Under the pieces are notes generated by a model. That model did not search any database and had not been told where the DNA came from. It was given only the letters and a program-made list of their open reading frames with translations. The position numbers were made by a program, and so were the translations under genes. Shown piece by piece: positions 32,948 to 40,915 of a stretch of DNA of 40,915 nucleotides. Position 1 is the stretch's first letter. Every line of letters starts with the position of its first letter. This stretch comes from Actinomycetes bacterium (GTDB lineage: Bacteria > Actinomycetota > Actinomycetes > JACCUZ01): assembly GCA_035759075.1 (NCBI GenBank), contig DASTVO010000455.1, positions 1 through 40,915 of the forward strand, written 5' to 3'.

Positions 32948-33091
32948 ATGGACACGCCTGCGCACCCGGTCGAGCCGCTGTCGCTCGCCGACGAGATGCG
33001 CCACTCCGCACTGCTGCTGGGTGGCGCACTCGGTCTGATGGGACTGTTCGCGGCGGTCCTGCTGCTGCTGACCACCCAGCTCGGGGGCTGA
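32948..33091 (+). CDS. candidate 47-aa single-pass membrane micro-protein (not in the ORF track)
   Basis: ATG at 32948 with GAAGGG 5 nt upstream. Translation: [47 protein letters not shown]. 41 of 47 codons end in G or C. The TGA at 33089-33091 lies 5 nt before the rsmH GTG. Confidence 0.45.
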   Translation: MDTPAHPVEPLSLADEMRHSALLLGGALGLMGLFAAVLLLLTTQLGG

Positions 33092-33096
33092 CCGCC

Positions 33097-34059
33097 GTGA
33101 CCCGTCAGGAGGACGCACGGCACGTGCCGGTCCTGCTGGCACGCACGGTCGAGCTGCTCGCCCCGGCCGTCGCCGCACCCGGCGCGGTCGTCGTGGACGC
33201 CACGCTCGGCATGGGCGGGCACAGCGCGGCGCTGCTCGAGCGGTTCGGCTCGCTGCGGCTGGTCGGCCTGGACCGCGACCCGCAGGCGCTGCGGCTCGCC
33301 GGCGAGCGGCTGGCGCCGTTCGCGGCCCGCACCACCCTGGTCCACGCGGTCTACGACGAGCTGGCGGACGTGCTGGCCCGGTGCGGCGTCGAGCGCGTCC
33401 AGGGGGTGCTGTTCGACCTCGGGGTGTCCTCCCTGCAGCTCGACGAGCCCGAGCGCGGCTTCGCCTACGCCCAGGACGCACCGCTGGACATGCGGATGGA
33501 CCAGACCCGCGGGCTCACCGCCGCGGAGGTGGTCAACACCTACGAGCCTTCCCGGCTGGCCCGGGTGCTGCGGGAGTACGGCGAGGAGCGCTTCGCCCGC
33601 CGGATCGCCGACGCCGTCGCGCGGGAACGGGCCCGGGAGCCGTTCACCGGCACGGCCCGGCTGGCCGAGCTGGTGCGGTCCTCGATCCCCGCGGCGACCA
33701 GGCGGACCGGTGGGCACCCGGCCAAGCGGACGTTCCAGGCGCTGCGGATCGAGGTCAACGGCGAGCTGCACGCGCTGGAGCGGGCGCTGCCCGCGGCGGT
33801 GGACGCGCTGGCCGTGGGCGGTCGCATCGTCGTGCTCTCGTACCACTCGCTCGAGGACCGGATGGTGAAGCGGACCCTGGTCGCCGGCGCGACCAGCACG
33901 GCACCACCCGGGCTGCCGGTGGTGCTGCCGGAGCACGAGCCGGTGCTGCGGCTGCTCACCCGCGGTGCGGAGGAGCCCGCGCCGGCCGAGGTCGAGGCCA
34001 ACCCGCGGGCGGCGTCGGCCCGGCTGCGCGCGGCCGAGCGGGTCCGGGACGCCGCATGA
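33097..34059 (+). CDS. rsmH: 16S rRNA (cytosine1402-N4)-methyltransferase
   Basis: This is the 3' part of track ORF 32851..34059(+), starting at the GTG at 33097 ([14 protein letters not shown]...). Motifs: [36 protein letters not shown]. Confidence 0.9.
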   Translation: MTRQEDARHVPVLLARTVELLAPAVAAPGAVVVDATLGMGGHSAALLERFGSLRLVGLDRDPQALRLAGERLAPFAARTTLVHAVYDELADVLARCGVERVQGVLFDLGVSSLQLDEPERGFAYAQDAPLDMRMDQTRGLTAAEVVNTYEPSRLARVLREYGEERFARRIADAVARERAREPFTGTARLAELVRSSIPAATRRTGGHPAKRTFQALRIEVNGELHALERALPAAVDALAVGGRIVVLSYHSLEDRMVKRTLVAGATSTAPPGLPVVLPEHEPVLRLLTRGAEEPAPAEVEANPRAASARLRAAERVRDAA

Positions 34060-34559
34060 GCGCTACCGCCCGCAGCGCCGCACTGCCCCGCCCGTCCGTC
34101 GCGCCCACCCCCGGCCGGACTCCTGCCGGCCACCGCCCGGGCCGCCGGCTCTCGCTGGTTCCGCCGATGCGTCCCGGCGCGCCGCGCGCGCCGTTCGTCG
34201 TGCTGCTCGGCACACTGCTCACCGGGGGGCTGGCGGGCCTGCTGTTCCTGCACACCGCCCTGGCGGAGGACTCCTTCCGGCTGCAGGACCTGAAGAACCG
34301 CTCGGCCGTGCTCACGGACCGGGAGCAGACGCTGGAGCAGCAGGTCGCGCTGGAGGCCTCGCCGAGACGGCTGTCGGCGAGGGCGGAGGCGTTGGGCATG
34401 GTGCGCAGCGAGAACCCCGCGTTCATCCGGCTCTCCGACGGCAAGGTCCTTGGCAAGCCGAGGGCCGGCAAGGCGCCGGCGCCGACGCCAGTGCCGAGCC
34501 CGACCGCCGCGGCCGAGCCCGCTCCCACCTCCTCGCCCGCTCTGGACCGCGCTCGGTGA
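34056..34559 (+). CDS. ftsL: cell division protein FtsL-like (septum formation initiator)
   Basis: The ATG at 34056 overlaps the rsmH TGA as ATGA. It has a single TM ([19 protein letters not shown]) followed by a coiled-coil-like segment. It occupies the conserved position between rsmH and ftsI. Confidence 0.7.
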   Translation: MSATARSAALPRPSVAPTPGRTPAGHRPGRRLSLVPPMRPGAPRAPFVVLLGTLLTGGLAGLLFLHTALAEDSFRLQDLKNRSAVLTDREQTLEQQVALEASPRRLSARAEALGMVRSENPAFIRLSDGKVLGKPRAGKAPAPTPVPSPTAAAEPAPTSSPALDRAR

Positions 34560-36520
34560 GCACGACGGGGACCACCCGGGGACGCCCGCCGCACCCCGGG
34601 ACGACGGGGCGGCACCTCCGAGCGCGCGCGGGAGGGCCGCCGGCACGTGGCCAGGGGCGCCCGGTCGCCGGTGCCCGAACCGGCGGACCCCGCCCGCCGC
34701 AGGCTCGCCGGCCGCCGGCGCGGACCCCACCCCGACGCCGGCCCCCTGTCCGCCGGACGCCGGCGACGCTCCGTCTCGGCGACCCCTCGCGCCGCCTGCG
34801 CCTCGCCGTCGTGCTGCTCGCCGTCGTCCTCTCGCTGTTCGCCGGCCGGTTGGTGCAGCTGCAGGGCCTGGACGCCCGCACCTACGCCACCGAGGCCGAG
34901 CAGGCCCGCCTGCGCACGGCGGTCCTGCCCGCGGTCCGCGGCACCATCACCGACCGCAACGGCGTCGCGCTGGCCACGACCGTCGACGCCGTGAACATCA
35001 CCGCCGACCAGACGCTGATCGCCGAGCACTCCGACCCCGCGGCCACCGCCCAGGTGCTGGCCCCCGTGCTGGGCATCCCCGCGGACACCCTGGCGGCCCG
35101 GCTCACCGGCGACCAGCGCTTCGTCTACGTGGCCAAGAAGGTGCCGCCCCGCACCTGGCGCGCGGTCCGCGAGCTCGACCTGCCGGACGAGACGGTCGAG
35201 GGGCTGCCCGGCATCTTCGGGGAGAAGACCAGCAAGCGCGTCTACCCGGGCGGCTCCACCGGGGCCAACCTCGTCGGCTTCGTCGGCGCCGACGGCAAGG
35301 GGCTCGGCGGCCTCGAGTACGCGCTGGACGACGTCCTCGCCGGCCGGGACGGCACCGCCACCTACGAGCTCAGCGCCGGCGGCCGGCGGCTGCCCAGCGG
35401 CGTGGACTCCGAGCGGGAGGCGGTCCCCGGCCGCGACGTGCAGCTCACGATCGACCGCGACATCCAGTACGTGGCGCAGCGGGCGGTCGCCCAGGCCGTC
35501 CGCACGACCGGCTCCGAGAGCGGCACGGTGATCGTCCTTGACCCTCGTACCGGCGAGCTGCTGGCGGTGGCCACCGCGCCGACCTTCGACGCGAACAAGC
35601 CGGGGGCGTCCCGGCCGGCCGACCGGGGGAACCGCCCGCTGACCGAGCCGTACGAGCCGGGCAGCACCGGCAAGGTCCTCACCGCCGCCGCCCTGATCGA
35701 GGAGGGCGTCATCTCTCCCAGCACCCCGATCACGGTGCCCAACCGGCTCACCCGCGCCGGCAAATCCTTCAAGGACTGGGAGGACCACCCCACGCAGAAC
35801 CTCACCTACACCGGCACCATCGCGAAGTCGAGCAACATCGGCACGATCCGCGCCGCCGAGCGGCTGGGCAGCCTGAAGAAGCTCTACCCCTACCTGAAGA
35901 AGTTCGGCATCGGCCAGCCGACCGGGCTGGGTCTGCCGGGAGAGTCGGCCGGTGCCCTGCTGCACCCGTCGAGATGGTCCGCGACCAGCGGCTACACGAT
36001 GTCCTTCGGTCAGGGCTACTCCGTCAACACCGTCCAGATGGCGTCCGCGATCGGCACGATCGCCAACGACGGCGTGCGGCTCGCGCCGCGGCTGGTCCGG
36101 CAGACGACCACGCCCGACGGCGACGTCACGACCCCGGCCGCGCCGGAGAAGACCCGTGTCGTCAGCGCCGGGACCGCCGAGACCGTTCGGCTGATGATGG
36201 AGACGGTGACCCGCAAGGGCGGCACCGCCACCCCGGCCGCCATCCCCGGGTACCGGGTCGGCGGCAAGACCGGCACCGCGCAGCGGTACAAGCCGTCCTG
36301 CGGCTGCTACAGCGGCTACACGATGTCCTTCATCGGGCTGACTCCGGTCGACGACCCGGGCCTGGTCGTCGCGGTGACCCTGCAGGCGCCGCGGTCGGCC
36401 ATCGGCGGTGGGTACAACGCCGGCCCGGTCTTCAAGCAGGTCGCCTCGTTCGCCCTGGAACGGCTGCGGATCCCGCCCACCGGCACCCGCCCGCCCGGCC
36501 TCAGGCTCAAGACCCGCTGA
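34556..36520 (+). CDS. ftsI: class B penicillin-binding protein / peptidoglycan D,D-transpeptidase FtsI
   Basis: This is the 3' part of track ORF 33965..36520(+). The GTG at 34556 overlaps the ftsL TGA. It has a TM helix, then the SxxK (STGK), SSN and KTGT motifs. The cytoplasmic tail is long and Arg/Pro-rich. Confidence 0.9.
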   Translation: MSTTGTTRGRPPHPGTTGRHLRARAGGPPARGQGRPVAGARTGGPRPPQARRPPARTPPRRRPPVRRTPATLRLGDPSRRLRLAVVLLAVVLSLFAGRLVQLQGLDARTYATEAEQARLRTAVLPAVRGTITDRNGVALATTVDAVNITADQTLIAEHSDPAATAQVLAPVLGIPADTLAARLTGDQRFVYVAKKVPPRTWRAVRELDLPDETVEGLPGIFGEKTSKRVYPGGSTGANLVGFVGADGKGLGGLEYALDDVLAGRDGTATYELSAGGRRLPSGVDSEREAVPGRDVQLTIDRDIQYVAQRAVAQAVRTTGSESGTVIVLDPRTGELLAVATAPTFDANKPGASRPADRGNRPLTEPYEPGSTGKVLTAAALIEEGVISPSTPITVPNRLTRAGKSFKDWEDHPTQNLTYTGTIAKSSNIGTIRAAERLGSLKKLYPYLKKFGIGQPTGLGLPGESAGALLHPSRWSATSGYTMSFGQGYSVNTVQMASAIGTIANDGVRLAPRLVRQTTTPDGDVTTPAAPEKTRVVSAGTAETVRLMMETVTRKGGTATPAAIPGYRVGGKTGTAQRYKPSCGCYSGYTMSFIGLTPVDDPGLVVAVTLQAPRSAIGGGYNAGPVFKQVASFALERLRIPPTGTRPPGLRLKTR

Positions 36521-36537
36521 CCGGTACCCTCGCAGCC

Positions 36538-38091
36538 GTGCTCAACCCGCCCGGCCCGTCGACCCCGAGGCCGGCCGGGCACCCGCCGCGCACCCTCGCC
36601 GCCGTCGCCGAGCACCTCGGAGTCACGGCGCCGGCTTCGTCCGCCGACGCCCTCGTCACCGGCATCACCCACGACTCGCGGGCGGTGCGACCGGGAGACC
36701 TGTACGCGGCGCTGCCGGGCTCGCGAGCTCACGGCGCGGAGTTCGCCGCCGCGGCCGCGGCGGCCGGCGCGGTCGCCTGCCTGACCGACCCCGCGGGGGG
36801 CGAGCGGGTGCGGGACAGTGGCCTTCCCGCGTACGTCGTGCCGGACCCGCGCGGCGTCCTCGGCCGGCTGTCGGCCTTCGTCTACGGCGAGCCGGGCGCC
36901 GCGCTCACCACCATCGGGGTGACCGGCACCAACGGCAAGACGACGACCGCGCACCTGCTCGAGGCCGGGCTGCGGGCGGCCGGGCACGTGACCGGGCTGC
37001 TCGGCACGATCGAGACCCGCGTCGCCGGCGAGGTGCTGACCAGTGTGCGCACCACACCGGAGGCGCCGGACCTGCAGGCGCTGCTCGCGGTGATGGTCGA
37101 GCGGGGGGTGACGGCCGTCGCCATGGAGGTCTCCAGCCACGCGCTCGCCCTCGGCCGCGTGGACGGGCTGACCTACGACGTGGCGGTGTTCACGAACCTC
37201 ACCGAGGACCATCTCGACTTCCACGCCGACCTCGAGGACTACTACCGGACCAAGGCGTCGCTGTTCACCCCGGCCCGCGCCCGGCTCGGGGTCGTCGACG
37301 TCGACGACCCGTACGGCGCGCGCCTCGCCGCGCACGCCACCATCCCGGTCGTCACGGTCTCGGCCTCCGGAGGCGCGGCGGACTGGCGGGTCGTCGACGC
37401 GCAGTCCGGGCCGGCCGGCAGCCGGTTCACCCTGCACGGCCCGGACGGAGCGGTCGTCCCCGCCTCCACCGCGCTGGCCGGTGACTTCAACCTGACCGAC
37501 GCCGCGCTGGCGGTCGTCGCGCTGGTGCAGGCAGGTGCCGACCCCCGGGCCGCGGCGGACGGCGTCGCCGCCTGCCCGGGCGTGCCGGGCCGGATGGAGC
37601 GGGTCGGCCAGGAGGGCGGCGTGCTGGCGCTGGTCGACTTCGCCCACAGCCCCGACGCGCTGGAGCGGCTGCTCGCGACGAGCCGCGCGCTGGTCGCACC
37701 CGGCGGCCGGCTGCTGGTCGTGGTCGGCGCCGGCGGCGACCGGGACCCGTACAAGCGGCCGGCGATGGGTGAGATCGTCGCGCGCGACGCCGACATCGCC
37801 GTGCTCACCGACGACAACCCGCGTTCCGAGGACCCGTTGACGATCCTCGCCGCCCTGCGCTCCGGCGCCGACCGGGTGAGGGGCGGCCGGGTGGAGGTCG
37901 TGCCGGACCGGCGGACAGCCATCGAGACCGCTGTGCAGCTCGCCCGGCCGGGCGACGTCCTGGTCGTCGCGGGGAAGGGCCACGAGCAGGGCCAGGAGGT
38001 CGGGGGTGTCGTCCACCCCTTCGACGACCGGGTCGTGCTCCGGTCCGCGCTGGCCGCGGTCGCCGCCGGCTCCGCGGCGGGCCCCGCGTGA
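36538..38091 (+). CDS. murE: UDP-N-acetylmuramoyl-L-alanyl-D-glutamate--2,6-diaminopimelate ligase
   Basis: This is the 3' part of track ORF 35974..38091(+), starting at the GTG at 36538. Motifs: ITHDSRAVRPGDLY, GVTGTNGKTTT, LTDDNPRSEDP. Confidence 0.9.
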   Translation: MLNPPGPSTPRPAGHPPRTLAAVAEHLGVTAPASSADALVTGITHDSRAVRPGDLYAALPGSRAHGAEFAAAAAAAGAVACLTDPAGGERVRDSGLPAYVVPDPRGVLGRLSAFVYGEPGAALTTIGVTGTNGKTTTAHLLEAGLRAAGHVTGLLGTIETRVAGEVLTSVRTTPEAPDLQALLAVMVERGVTAVAMEVSSHALALGRVDGLTYDVAVFTNLTEDHLDFHADLEDYYRTKASLFTPARARLGVVDVDDPYGARLAAHATIPVVTVSASGGAADWRVVDAQSGPAGSRFTLHGPDGAVVPASTALAGDFNLTDAALAVVALVQAGADPRAAADGVAACPGVPGRMERVGQEGGVLALVDFAHSPDALERLLATSRALVAPGGRLLVVVGAGGDRDPYKRPAMGEIVARDADIAVLTDDNPRSEDPLTILAALRSGADRVRGGRVEVVPDRRTAIETAVQLARPGDVLVVAGKGHEQGQEVGGVVHPFDDRVVLRSALAAVAAGSAAGPA

Positions 38092-39491
38092 TCCCGCTGA
38101 CGCTCGCGGAGGTGGCGGCCGCGACCGGCGGCACGCTGCACGACGCCGACCCGGGGACGCCGGTGACCGCGCCGGCGTTCTCCGACTCGCGCGCCGTGCG
38201 ACCCGGCGGGCTGTTCGTCGCCGTCGCGGGGGAGCGGGTCGACGGTCACGACTTCGGGTCAGCGGTCGTCGAGGCCGGCGCCGCGGCGGTGCTCGCCGCC
38301 CGTCCGCTCGGTGTGCCCTCGGTGGTGGTGGACGACCCAGTGACGGCACTGGGCCTGCTGGCCCGGTCGGTCCACGACCGGCTCGTCGCCGGCGGGCTGG
38401 TCAGCATCGGGCTGACCGGCTCGTCCGGGAAGACCAGCACGAAGGACCTGCTGGCACAGGTGCTCGAGACGGCTGGCCCGACCGTCGCGCCGCGCGGGTC
38501 GCTCAACACCGAGGTCGGGGTGCCGGTCACCGTGCTCGAGGCGGACGAGAAGACACGGCACCTCGTCGTCGAGATGGGCGCCCGGGGGCCGGGACACATC
38601 GCCTACCTCTGTGAGATCGCGCCGCCCCGGATCGGGGTGGTGCTCAACGTCGGGGCCGCGCACGCGGAGAAGTTCGGCGGGCCGGAGTCGACCGCGGAGG
38701 CGAAGCGCGAGCTGGTCGAGGCGGTGCCGGCCGGTGGCGTGGCGGTGCTCAACGCCGACGACGAGCTGGTCATGTCGATGGAGCCGCACAGCGAGGGGCG
38801 GGTGGTCACCTTCGGCCGGGCCGCCAGCGCCGACGTACGCGCGGAGGAGCTGCGCCTGGACCCGCTCGGGCGCCCGTCGTTCCGCCTGGTCGTCCCGGAG
38901 GGCAACGCCGACGTCCAGCTGCGCCTGCACGGGGCCCATCACGTCTCCAACGCGCTGGCGGTGGCCGCGGTGGCCCGGGAGCTCGGCATGCCGGTGACCG
39001 ACGTCGCCGCCGCGCTCTCGGCCGCGACCCCTCGCAGCCGGTGGCGGATGGAGGTCACCGAGCGCGCCGACGGCGTCACGGTCGTCAACGACGCCTACAA
39101 CGCGAACCCGGAGTCGGTGCGGGCCGCCCTGGAGGCCGTGGCCGCCATGTCTCGGGGCCGGCGGACCTGGGCGGTGCTCGGCGAGATGCTCGAGCTCGGC
39201 GCGGCGTCCACCGCCGAGCACGAGCGGGTGGGCAGACTGGCCCGCAGGTCCGGCGTCGACCGCCTGGTCGTCGTCGGGGACGGTGCCCGGTCGGTGCACG
39301 ACGGTGCGCTGGCCGAGGGGGCCGTCGACGGAGAGGAGTCAGTGGTCGTGGCCGATGTGCCCGGCGCGCTCGAGGTCCTGCTCCCGGCCCTCCGTCCCGA
39401 CGACGTCGTCCTGGTGAAGGCCTCCCGCGGGGTCGGCCTGGAGCGGGTGGCCGACGCCCTGCTCGGCGACGGGCCCGGTGGTCGCCCGTGA
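38088..39491 (+). CDS. murF: UDP-N-acetylmuramoyl-tripeptide--D-alanyl-D-alanine ligase
   Basis: 467-aa ORF. The GTG at 38088 overlaps the murE TGA. Motifs: FSDSRAVRPGGLFVA, GLTGSSGKTSTKD, DAYNANPES. Confidence 0.9.
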   Translation: MIPLTLAEVAAATGGTLHDADPGTPVTAPAFSDSRAVRPGGLFVAVAGERVDGHDFGSAVVEAGAAAVLAARPLGVPSVVVDDPVTALGLLARSVHDRLVAGGLVSIGLTGSSGKTSTKDLLAQVLETAGPTVAPRGSLNTEVGVPVTVLEADEKTRHLVVEMGARGPGHIAYLCEIAPPRIGVVLNVGAAHAEKFGGPESTAEAKRELVEAVPAGGVAVLNADDELVMSMEPHSEGRVVTFGRAASADVRAEELRLDPLGRPSFRLVVPEGNADVQLRLHGAHHVSNALAVAAVARELGMPVTDVAAALSAATPRSRWRMEVTERADGVTVVNDAYNANPESVRAALEAVAAMSRGRRTWAVLGEMLELGAASTAEHERVGRLARRSGVDRLVVVGDGARSVHDGALAEGAVDGEESVVVADVPGALEVLLPALRPDDVVLVKASRGVGLERVADALLGDGPGGRP

Positions 39492-40495
39492 GGCAGGTCC
39501 TGCTGGCCGCGTCGTTCGGCCTGATCATCACGCTGTTCGGGACCCCGGTCGCGATCCGGGCCCTGGTGCGTCAGGGCTACGGCCAGCTGATCCGCGACGA
39601 CGGCCCGACGTCGCACCACACCAAGCGCGGCACCCCCACGATGGGCGGCGCCGTCATCATCGCCGGCACCCTGATCGGATACTTCGGGGCGCACCTGCTC
39701 ACCTGGAGCGAGACGACCGTCTCGGGCCTGCTCGTGCTGTTCCTGATGACCGGCCTCGGTCTCGTCGGCTTCCTCGACGACTACATCAAGGTGGCCAAGC
39801 AGCGCAGCCTCGGGCTGCGGGCCTGGGCCAAGCTCGGCGGGCAGTCGCTGGTCGCCGTCACCTTCGCGGTGCTCGCGGTCAACTTCCCCGACCGCTCCGG
39901 CTTCACGCCGGCGTCGACCGAGATCTCGTTCATCCGCGACACCGGTCTCGGCCTCGGGGCCGTGCTGTTCGTCGGCTGGGCCTACCTGATGATCGCCGGG
40001 ACCTCGAACGGCGTGAACCTGACCGACGGGCTGGACGGCCTGGCCGCGGGCTGCTGCGCGATCGTGTTGCTGGCCTTCACCGCCATGTGCTTCATCACCG
40101 CGGGGCCCGGCCAGACGGACCTGGCGCTGCTCTCGGCGTGCCTGGTCGGCGCCTGCGTGGGCTTCCTGTGGTTCAACTCGTTCCCGGCCTCGGTGTTCAT
40201 GGGCGACACCGGGTCGCTGGGGTTAGGCGGCGCCATCGCGGGGCTTGCCGTGATGACGAAGACCGAGGTCCTGCTGCTGCTGATCGGCGGGATCTTCGTG
40301 ATCGAGGCGCTGTCGGTCCTGATCCAGGTCTTCGCCTTCCAGCGCTTCCGCCGGCGGGTGTTCCTGATGGCCCCGATCCACCACCACTTCGAGATGATGG
40401 CCTGGTCGGAGACCAAGATCATCCTGCGCTTCTGGATCGTGGCCGCCATCTGCAGCGCCATCGGCTTCACGCTCTACCAGCAGTCGATCGCGTGA
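39488..40495 (+). CDS. mraY: phospho-N-acetylmuramoyl-pentapeptide transferase
   Basis: This is the 3' part of track ORF 39041..40495(+). The GTG at 39488 overlaps the murF TGA. Motifs: HHTKRGTPTMGG, NGVNLTDGLDGLA, FMGDTGSLGLGG. Confidence 0.95.
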   Translation: MRQVLLAASFGLIITLFGTPVAIRALVRQGYGQLIRDDGPTSHHTKRGTPTMGGAVIIAGTLIGYFGAHLLTWSETTVSGLLVLFLMTGLGLVGFLDDYIKVAKQRSLGLRAWAKLGGQSLVAVTFAVLAVNFPDRSGFTPASTEISFIRDTGLGLGAVLFVGWAYLMIAGTSNGVNLTDGLDGLAAGCCAIVLLAFTAMCFITAGPGQTDLALLSACLVGACVGFLWFNSFPASVFMGDTGSLGLGGAIAGLAVMTKTEVLLLLIGGIFVIEALSVLIQVFAFQRFRRRVFLMAPIHHHFEMMAWSETKIILRFWIVAAICSAIGFTLYQQSIA

Positions 40496-40915
40496 CCCGC
40501 CCGGCGCTGCCGCCGGCCCCCTATTTGGTCGTCGGCCTCAAGCGGTCCGGCCTCGCCGCCGCGCGCATGCTCGCCCCCCACGGGGAGGTCATCGGCGTGG
40601 ACTCGGGCCAGGCCGAGGTGCCCGGCGACTTCGAGGCCCACGTGGGCTCCGATGGGGTCGACCTCCTGGACCGCGTGGCCACGGTGGTCAAGTCGCCGGG
40701 CGTGCCGCGCCAGGCCCCGGTGGTCGCGGCGGCGCTGGAGCGCGGCATCGAGGTCACGGGCGAGCTGGAGCTGGCGTGGCGGCTCCTGGACGGCCATCCG
40801 TTCGTGGCCGTGACCGGCACCAACGGCAAGACCACCACGGTGGAGCTGCTGGGCGCGATCTGGCGCCAGGCCGGGCTGCCCGTCGAGGTGGCCGGCAACG
40901 TCGGCCGCCCGCTCG
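40492..40915 (+). CDS. murD: UDP-N-acetylmuramoylalanine--D-glutamate ligase (5' partial, runs off the window)
   Basis: The GTG at 40492 overlaps the mraY TGA. My own translation gives ...VKSPGVPRQAPVV...GELELAWRLL...VAVTGTNGKTTTVELLG.... No stop occurs before the window end, so it is absent from the ORF track. Confidence 0.9.
   Translation, partial: MTRPALPPAPYLVVGLKRSGLAAARMLAPHGEVIGVDSGQAEVPGDFEAHVGSDGVDLLDRVATVVKSPGVPRQAPVVAAALERGIEVTGELELAWRLLDGHPFVAVTGTNGKTTTVELLGAIWRQAGLPVEVAGNVGRPL

Noticed and set aside
30773-33481. 902-aa minus-strand ORF crossing the MoxR-array start, the divergent promoter region, mraZ and rsmH.
   Set aside because: It runs through an intergenic region and is antisense to mraZ and rsmH. 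The translated sequence is low-complexity. It is a shadow frame.

Overview
Very G+C-rich chromosomal window (not computed), typical of an actinobacterium. Because of the G+C content, most long ORFs in the six-frame track are shadow frames. I kept frames that show recognisable family motifs, high third-position G+C and start/stop coupling to neighbours. All family names come from motif recognition by eye; no database search was run.

Gene content, left to right:
- 263-7178 (-): a co-directional carotenoid-tailoring block. It holds an LLM oxidoreductase, a GT2 glycosyltransferase, a CruF/DUF422-like membrane protein, a CrtD/CrtI-family desaturase and a CrtA-like monooxygenase. A sigma factor fused to a transmembrane and extracytoplasmic domain sits in the middle.
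- 7182-7365: a repeat-rich divergent control region.
- 7247-9801 (+): a membrane-lipid trio of flippase-like/LPG-synthase TM protein, PAP2 and GDPD.
- 9854-13216 (-): ybaK-like deacylase, then an ECF sigma / anti-sigma / exported-protein module with a duplicated promoter motif, then a RibD_C/DHFR-family protein.
- 13325-20474 (+): a DNA-damage locus. A RecA-NDp-type promoter plus a perfect LexA box drives a DUF6504-like ORF, a HEPN ORF and a 1351-aa DnaE2-type polymerase. A SAM methyltransferase and dinB follow.
- 20658-22912 (+): a DUF3040 protein and a secreted alpha/beta hydrolase.
- 22931-32040 (-): an eight-gene array with two MoxR-DUF58 modules, ending in a TgpA transglutaminase.
- 32178-40915 (+): the dcw cluster, mraZ-rsmH-ftsL-ftsI-murE-murF-mraY-murD (murD truncated by the window end).

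No rRNA, tRNA, CRISPR array, transposase or integrase was seen.

Most interesting observations:
- The damage-inducible DUF6504/HEPN/DnaE2 cassette, which has no imuA/imuB in the window.
- A carotenoid operon with an embedded sigma-TM fusion, behind a perfect 21-bp tandem repeat.
- A duplicated ECF-type promoter motif.
- Four GTGG boxes phased exactly 10 bp apart at the mraZ promoter.
- A 76-nt rod-like RNA structure plus an unlisted 47-codon transmembrane micro-ORF between mraZ and rsmH.
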